Shown here one piece after another: positions 59,162 to 64,000 of a stretch of 64,000 nt of DNA (positions are counted from its first letter, which is position 1; each line of letters starts with the position of its first letter). The position numbers and the translations under genes are program-made. The notes under the pieces were generated by a model that worked only from the letters and a program-made list of their open reading frames with translations, made no database searches and had not been told where the DNA came from. The DNA is from Schizochytrium sp. TIO01. Its lineage: Eukaryota > Protista > Bigyra: Labyrinthulomycetes. The DNA lies in assembly GCA_004764695.1 (NCBI GenBank), contig SMSO01000032.1, positions 1,922,001 through 1,986,000 of the forward strand, in the 5' to 3' direction.

Positions 59162-60580
59162 ATGGTCGCTGCACCGCACACGCCACTTGAACGTGGTAAC
59201 AATAAAACCCTTTTGGCGATTCTTTTGGCAATCCTTGGTGCCGGTGTGCTCATTTTGAGCAGTAGCATCGCAGGCATCTCTGCAGCAGGCCCTGCTGAGG
59301 GCCCTATTGTGTTGCAGCAAGATCCTTTCTTGAACCAGGAAGCTGCATCACGAAGCTCCTCATCTTCAAGCAAAGGTGACGATCCGGACCCATACTTTGA
59401 AAAGAGTGTCGTGCGGATTGAGCTCTCCAGCTCAGAGCAGGAAGCTATTGTTGCCGGATTCAATGCTGGCCAGGACCGCCTCGGAGCTCTTCGCAACCGC
59501 ACCGAAGAACTTGTCCGCGAAGCTTTGGCAGAGCTTTCTAAAGGTGTCCGCTGCATTCCCCAAAAATGCACCAAGGAGGCCCGCTTTTACCGCCCTCTGT
59601 CCCCAAGCGAGGTACACCGCAAGAAGCTTTACCTCGTCAGTTACCCAGGCTCCGGAAACACTTGGCTTCGTGCTGTGACCCGCTCCGGCACACGTCGGTA
59701 CACAGGATCTGTATTTCGCGACGGTAGTCTCGCTCGAGGCGGATTTCGAGGCGAACTCCTTGATCCTGCGGACCCCAAAACACGAATCATCAAGAGCCAT
59801 TACCCTTTCCACTCCAACGCCAAAGTCTTTCCCCAAATGTGGGCTGGCGGTGCAATTCACGTAGTTCGAGCTCCGTTTGACGCCATGATGGCCGAAGCAA
59901 CACGGATCGTTGGCAGCAGTCATACTGCTGCAGCCAAGGAAGGCGCTATCTTGAGACAGCTTGTTCGCATGCAGCAGCGCAGACGTGTTGTGGAGCTCTG
60001 GCGCGACTTCTTCGTGTTCTGGACCAAGAACTCGCAGAAACGCACGGATCCCAACGTTCGTATTCGCATCGACCCTGCACCCTTTGACAAGTCTGACCAA
60101 GCTCACAAACTGCAGTTTCCGGTAGCAACCTTGTACTACGAAGACTTTTCGCGCGACTTTGTGGGAACTGCTGTGCACTTATTTGCTTTTATCAAGGCTT
60201 GGCTGCAAGACGAACAGCAACCTGTGGCAGATGCTGTGGTTTGTGCTCTTCGCGACGCTGAGATGGAGGAGCGATTCCATCGTAACAGTACTGCAAACGT
60301 GTTTAGGCGTGAGCCACTAGCCTCCAAGGTCGAGCAGTTCTGCAAAGTCTTGCAGCCGTATTGGGATGACGCTCGCTGGGGCCCTTGTGACGGTACTCTA
60401 CAACGTGAACGCAAGAGCGAGGTCAGCACCATGCCGCGCCCTCGAGTTGGCAATCTGCCTATTTGTGGAGCTACTGAAGAAGACGTTCGTGATGCTGAAT
60501 CCGATTCTGACGACAACACTGAGGAGCTTGACGCACAGCTAGACACTACTAAGCTTGACGACTCTGTCCTCGATGCCTAA
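59162..60580 (+). CDS. Type II membrane sulfotransferase (WSCD-like sulfotransferase domain)
   Basis: N-terminal TM helix, 5'-PSB loop 'LVSYPGSGNTWLR', 'IIKSH', 3'-PB motif 'VVRAPFDAMMAE', 'LYYEDF'. Confidence 0.85.
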   Translation: MVAAPHTPLERGNNKTLLAILLAILGAGVLILSSSIAGISAAGPAEGPIVLQQDPFLNQEAASRSSSSSSKGDDPDPYFEKSVVRIELSSSEQEAIVAGFNAGQDRLGALRNRTEELVREALAELSKGVRCIPQKCTKEARFYRPLSPSEVHRKKLYLVSYPGSGNTWLRAVTRSGTRRYTGSVFRDGSLARGGFRGELLDPADPKTRIIKSHYPFHSNAKVFPQMWAGGAIHVVRAPFDAMMAEATRIVGSSHTAAAKEGAILRQLVRMQQRRRVVELWRDFFVFWTKNSQKRTDPNVRIRIDPAPFDKSDQAHKLQFPVATLYYEDFSRDFVGTAVHLFAFIKAWLQDEQQPVADAVVCALRDAEMEERFHRNSTANVFRREPLASKVEQFCKVLQPYWDDARWGPCDGTLQRERKSEVSTMPRPRVGNLPICGATEEDVRDAESDSDDNTEELDAQLDTTKLDDSVLDA

Positions 60581-61273
60581 ATTGACGATCCAAGAATCCT
60601 ACACATAAGTCTTATCGCACGCTCCAAAGGTTCAATCATTCTTTGGCTCTTTGTGCGTACAGAGTCTATTGTCAATTACAAGCACATGATGGTCACCTCT
60701 ACCTCTATATTTGCTGGCTCCCATTGCGCATATTACTCATCAAACAAATCCCCATCAAGATCCCCGCTCAATAAATTTCAATATGCTTCTGCTGGGAAAA
60801 TTAATTATCCTCTGAAGTTTGTTATGCTGGCGAGCTGACTATCTTATCCTGATATTCTCCTTCTTTTCCATTTTCCTAAATCTCGTGCACGGCCGTTCTC
60901 ACCTTCGTTTCAAGACCTGCTGCTGTTGCTTTGACTCCTTCTCGACCATAGAATCGGCCCTAGTGGCTGACACTTTGTCCCGAGATCTACATGTATGCTC
61001 AAATTGTTCTCTATCATTGACTTTGTTGCTGATCACAATTTTGTAGGAGAACGTCTTCTGGGTTCCCCATAAACTAGTGTGTATCTCTACCATTGTGCGC
61101 CTTGGTTGCAGCTGATGAGAGATTCGAATTGGACATTATACCTTCCGTTCTATTGCGAAACATAAACACATACATGCACAAGAGTGACGCAATACCTGCA
61201 ACTACTTCTTGTGTTTCAAACAAACACCCTAACACATTACAAGACTAACGAGACCAAAAGAATAATAATTTAG

Positions 61274-62158
61274 TTAGTTTCCAACGTAGGGAACCGGGGG
61301 CGTGCCGGTGATCGATTGATGCACAGAGTGGTAAAGCAATGCCGGGAAGAAGGTAGCATGCGAGACCTCGTCTCTGAACTCCGAAAGTTGCGGGAGGGTT
61401 CCAGGCTGTTTTGCCGTGTCATGAGCCACACCCTGGCTCAAGGTTGCGAGAAATCCACCACTGTAGAAGAACATCCATGGCTGCGCGGTTAGGATTGAGA
61501 CGAAATCACCAATCAAACCAAACAGGAATGGGGTTGTTCCCTTGAAAGGTTCGCGGCAAGTGTGTAGCATGTAGGCCATGACAGCAAGATTGATAGGCTT
61601 ACGAAAACCCTTCAAGATACCTTGACTTGGCTCCACTATTAGCTTTTGCAATGCAAGGCGAGCAGCAAGAAGCATAACATACTGACGACCATCAAACGGA
61701 GTAGGTTCACCTTGCTCACCCAAAATGTACATTTGGAAGGCCCGAGTTTGCACAAGGCCTTGCACAGCACACATTTGGCTTATGTACCTTTTGAAGGTCT
61801 TGCGGAACTTGTATGCCAACGCAATTGACAGGACACTGATTGCCTTAACAGACTTTGGTGCAGACGTATTGAGCGTAAGCGTAGCACTCCAAAGCGCCGC
61901 AGTAGACAGTGACATGATTGGCACTTGGGACTCCGTGATAGATTCATCTATTTCGTTAAGTAGCCCGAAGTTGTATGTGAGCTGTAAAACCAAGCACATA
62001 AGATGATACACGAGGTTGTTTGTCTTATCATGATCCCGGCGAAAGTGTTTGTACGCGCGCTCATAAGCCGACCCCATTTGAAGATTTAAAAACGGTTTGT
62101 ATGGCACACAAAAGAAGGGCGCTGAGACATACATCGCTAATTTAGAAAACTCCACCAT
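61274..62158 (-). CDS. Multi-pass membrane protein, Mpo1/DUF962-like
   Basis: 'F..DH...NNL.YH' near the N-terminus and 'SQGVAHD' near the C-terminus resemble the His motifs of Mpo1/DUF962; several hydrophobic helices. First ATG is at 62158. Confidence 0.65.
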   Translation of the reverse strand: MVEFSKLAMYVSAPFFCVPYKPFLNLQMGSAYERAYKHFRRDHDKTNNLVYHLMCLVLQLTYNFGLLNEIDESITESQVPIMSLSTAALWSATLTLNTSAPKSVKAISVLSIALAYKFRKTFKRYISQMCAVQGLVQTRAFQMYILGEQGEPTPFDGRQYVMLLAARLALQKLIVEPSQGILKGFRKPINLAVMAYMLHTCREPFKGTTPFLFGLIGDFVSILTAQPWMFFYSGGFLATLSQGVAHDTAKQPGTLPQLSEFRDEVSHATFFPALLYHSVHQSITGTPPVPYVGN

Positions 62159-62816
62159 CGTATTTCCTCTGTTGTACGACAAGTTTAAAGGGTTATTGGT
62201 CAACACACGAATTAAGTTTATTAACACGAAAGTATGCGTCAGTAAAAAAAATCAGTTTCCCAGTTGCCTCGCGCGGACGATCTGCAACAAGCTTTGCTTT
62301 GCTTTGCTTGTCTGCTTGCCTGCTTGCCAAGCAGCACGCTGGAGGCGAGAACGTTGAGCTTTGAGCTCCCACGCAGTGAGCCCCCTCTTTATTGCACCTG
62401 AGAATCCTCAGCAAGCATATATATATATATACACACATCCTCCTAAGTAATACTTTGAACTGTCTCAAGTCCGCCCCTTTTCTACCTTCTCATGCTCGCC
62501 CTGGCGACCATCCGGGCCTTTGCTCACTTACCTCGTAAATCCTGCTACCCCCAAACTCAAAGACCAAGCCCGTGCTCGCGCTTCAGCCCAAAGGAATGCT
62601 CGCAGACCCCCGTGGCGCTAGCGTGGCTGCTCGGCAGGACAGGTTCGGGTTTTGGGTCTGGGTTCGGCCTTGGGCGCGTTCGAAGCTGTTTTGTTTCACG
62701 ATAGTAGTAGTACCTACCTGCCTACTAACACCAGGTAGATAGGAGAAAGCCCAGGATCCCAAGGACCCAAGAACCCGCATCGCTAGCGACGAGGAAACGG
62801 TTCAAGGGCACCATAG

Positions 62817-62870
62817 GACTGACTGACTGACTGACTGACTGACTGACTCACGCACGCACGCACGCACGCA
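62817..62870. repeat. Compound (GACT)n(CACG)n microsatellite
   Basis: Visible directly. Confidence 0.92.
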
Positions 62871-63891
62871 CTCAGTGGCTGACGACCCTCTGCGGAGCAA
62901 GCGATCGGAGAGCGTCCAGCTCCTCGCTCTGAGGGGCCATGGGCCGTGCAATAATTGACTGGTTCCTCTCAATATCGGTCCATATCCATATCCATATCCA
63001 ATATCATTCCGCCACGGGAGCGCTGAAGAGAGAGAGACGCTCGCGGAGACCTTGGTCAGCTTTGCGTGCCTCGACGAGCGTGGTCGATCTCTGCGCGAGC
63101 GTGGAGGCTCGGCGGCCTGCAGAGCTGGAACTGTCTTGAGGCGGACAACCAAGCGACGTGGAGGGCCTACGCGGAATGTCGAAGGAGTGAATGGCGCAGT
63201 GAGCCTGCCTGGCTGCGAAGGCTAAAGAAAGCAAGCCTTGAGACAGCGACGACCCGACTGCCTCTGCCTCGATCTGTCTACCGCTGGCTGTGGACCCACT
63301 GCACAACTTGGACGGCTTCGACGTCGTGCTGTCCACAGGTTGGTAGAGCGATGAAGAGCGCCAGAACCTGGCTGCTGCAGCCCGCCCCAAAGTCGAGTCG
63401 AACTGGACGATTTGAATGAAGACCGCCCCGGGCTCCTTCAAGCGAGATGCTCGCCGCGACCGGTTCGAGGGAGGTCCTGTGCTCCTCGCTGGGCTGCGTG
63501 AGCTTGATTTCGCCAAGGCCGAGTTGTTGCCGAAACGGGATTCGGCAAGCGGAATTCGTCGATGATCTCGTGCGAGGCGAGTCCAAGATCTCGCCGCTCT
63601 GCGCAATGACGCGATCCCGCCAAGACCTGGTTGAACTCGTAGTCTGCGATTCCAAGCAGCCGCTGCTTTGACTCCTCCTTCGGTGAACTTCGAGGCCTCA
63701 GAAAGAAGCACACTCCACTGGAGGCACCGCGAGCGAGTTCCAGCCAGCCAGAACTCGAAGAGCAGAGGCCTCCCTGGTCTGGGATTCCAAACGAGGGGCA
63801 TATGCTGAGGATTGCGGTACCTATCTTCCATGTCTCGCTTTGGTATGATGCAGTAGGGGGCAGTAGGAGGTAGCGCGCTAGGTAGGAAGGG

Positions 63892-63897
63892 ATATAT

Positions 63898-63945
<48 letters not shown>
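63892..63945. repeat. (TA)n microsatellite
   Basis: Visible directly. Confidence 0.95.
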
Positions 63946-63948
<3 letters not shown>

Positions 63949-64000
63949 CGTTTATGAAGAAATCGATTGAGATCCTATCCGTTTAAATGCACTCACTTTC

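Noticed and set aside
59432-60178. 248 aa antisense ORF within the sulfotransferase
   Set aside because: Shadow ORF with no motifs; the + strand carries the conserved domain.

Overview
This is eukaryotic nuclear DNA with intron-poor genes, GT-AG introns with CTAAC branch sites, and microsatellite-rich intergenic DNA. The style suggests a stramenopile protist, possibly a thraustochytrid (inference only). Twelve protein-coding loci can be supported: a 5'-truncated DIS3L2-type exoribonuclease, two divergent myosins (both extended here by upstream exons the ORF track misses), a Cys-type SelW/Rdx thioredoxin-like protein, mitochondrial aspartate aminotransferase, a UBE3B/C-type HECT ligase, a DUF1749-type alpha/beta hydrolase, a spliced hypothetical gene, a dual-specificity phosphatase fused to a RING finger, NDUFA2, a type II membrane sulfotransferase and an Mpo1/DUF962-like membrane protein. 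There is no rRNA, intact tRNA or CRISPR array. The most notable unexplained items are: (i) a densely base-paired ~300-nt segment at 57.5-57.8 kb, a candidate ncRNA; (ii) the DSP-RING fusion; (iii) the ~20 kb gene-free tract upstream of it, which holds a possible tyrosine-recombinase (Crypton-like) relic, B-box-like motifs and a tRNA-like relic; (iv) a hairpin-bearing ~52-bp minisatellite; (v) unusual myosin tail architectures; (vi) a recurring, often inverted, GTAGGTAG motif upstream of genes. All family calls come from motif recognition by eye; no searches were run.
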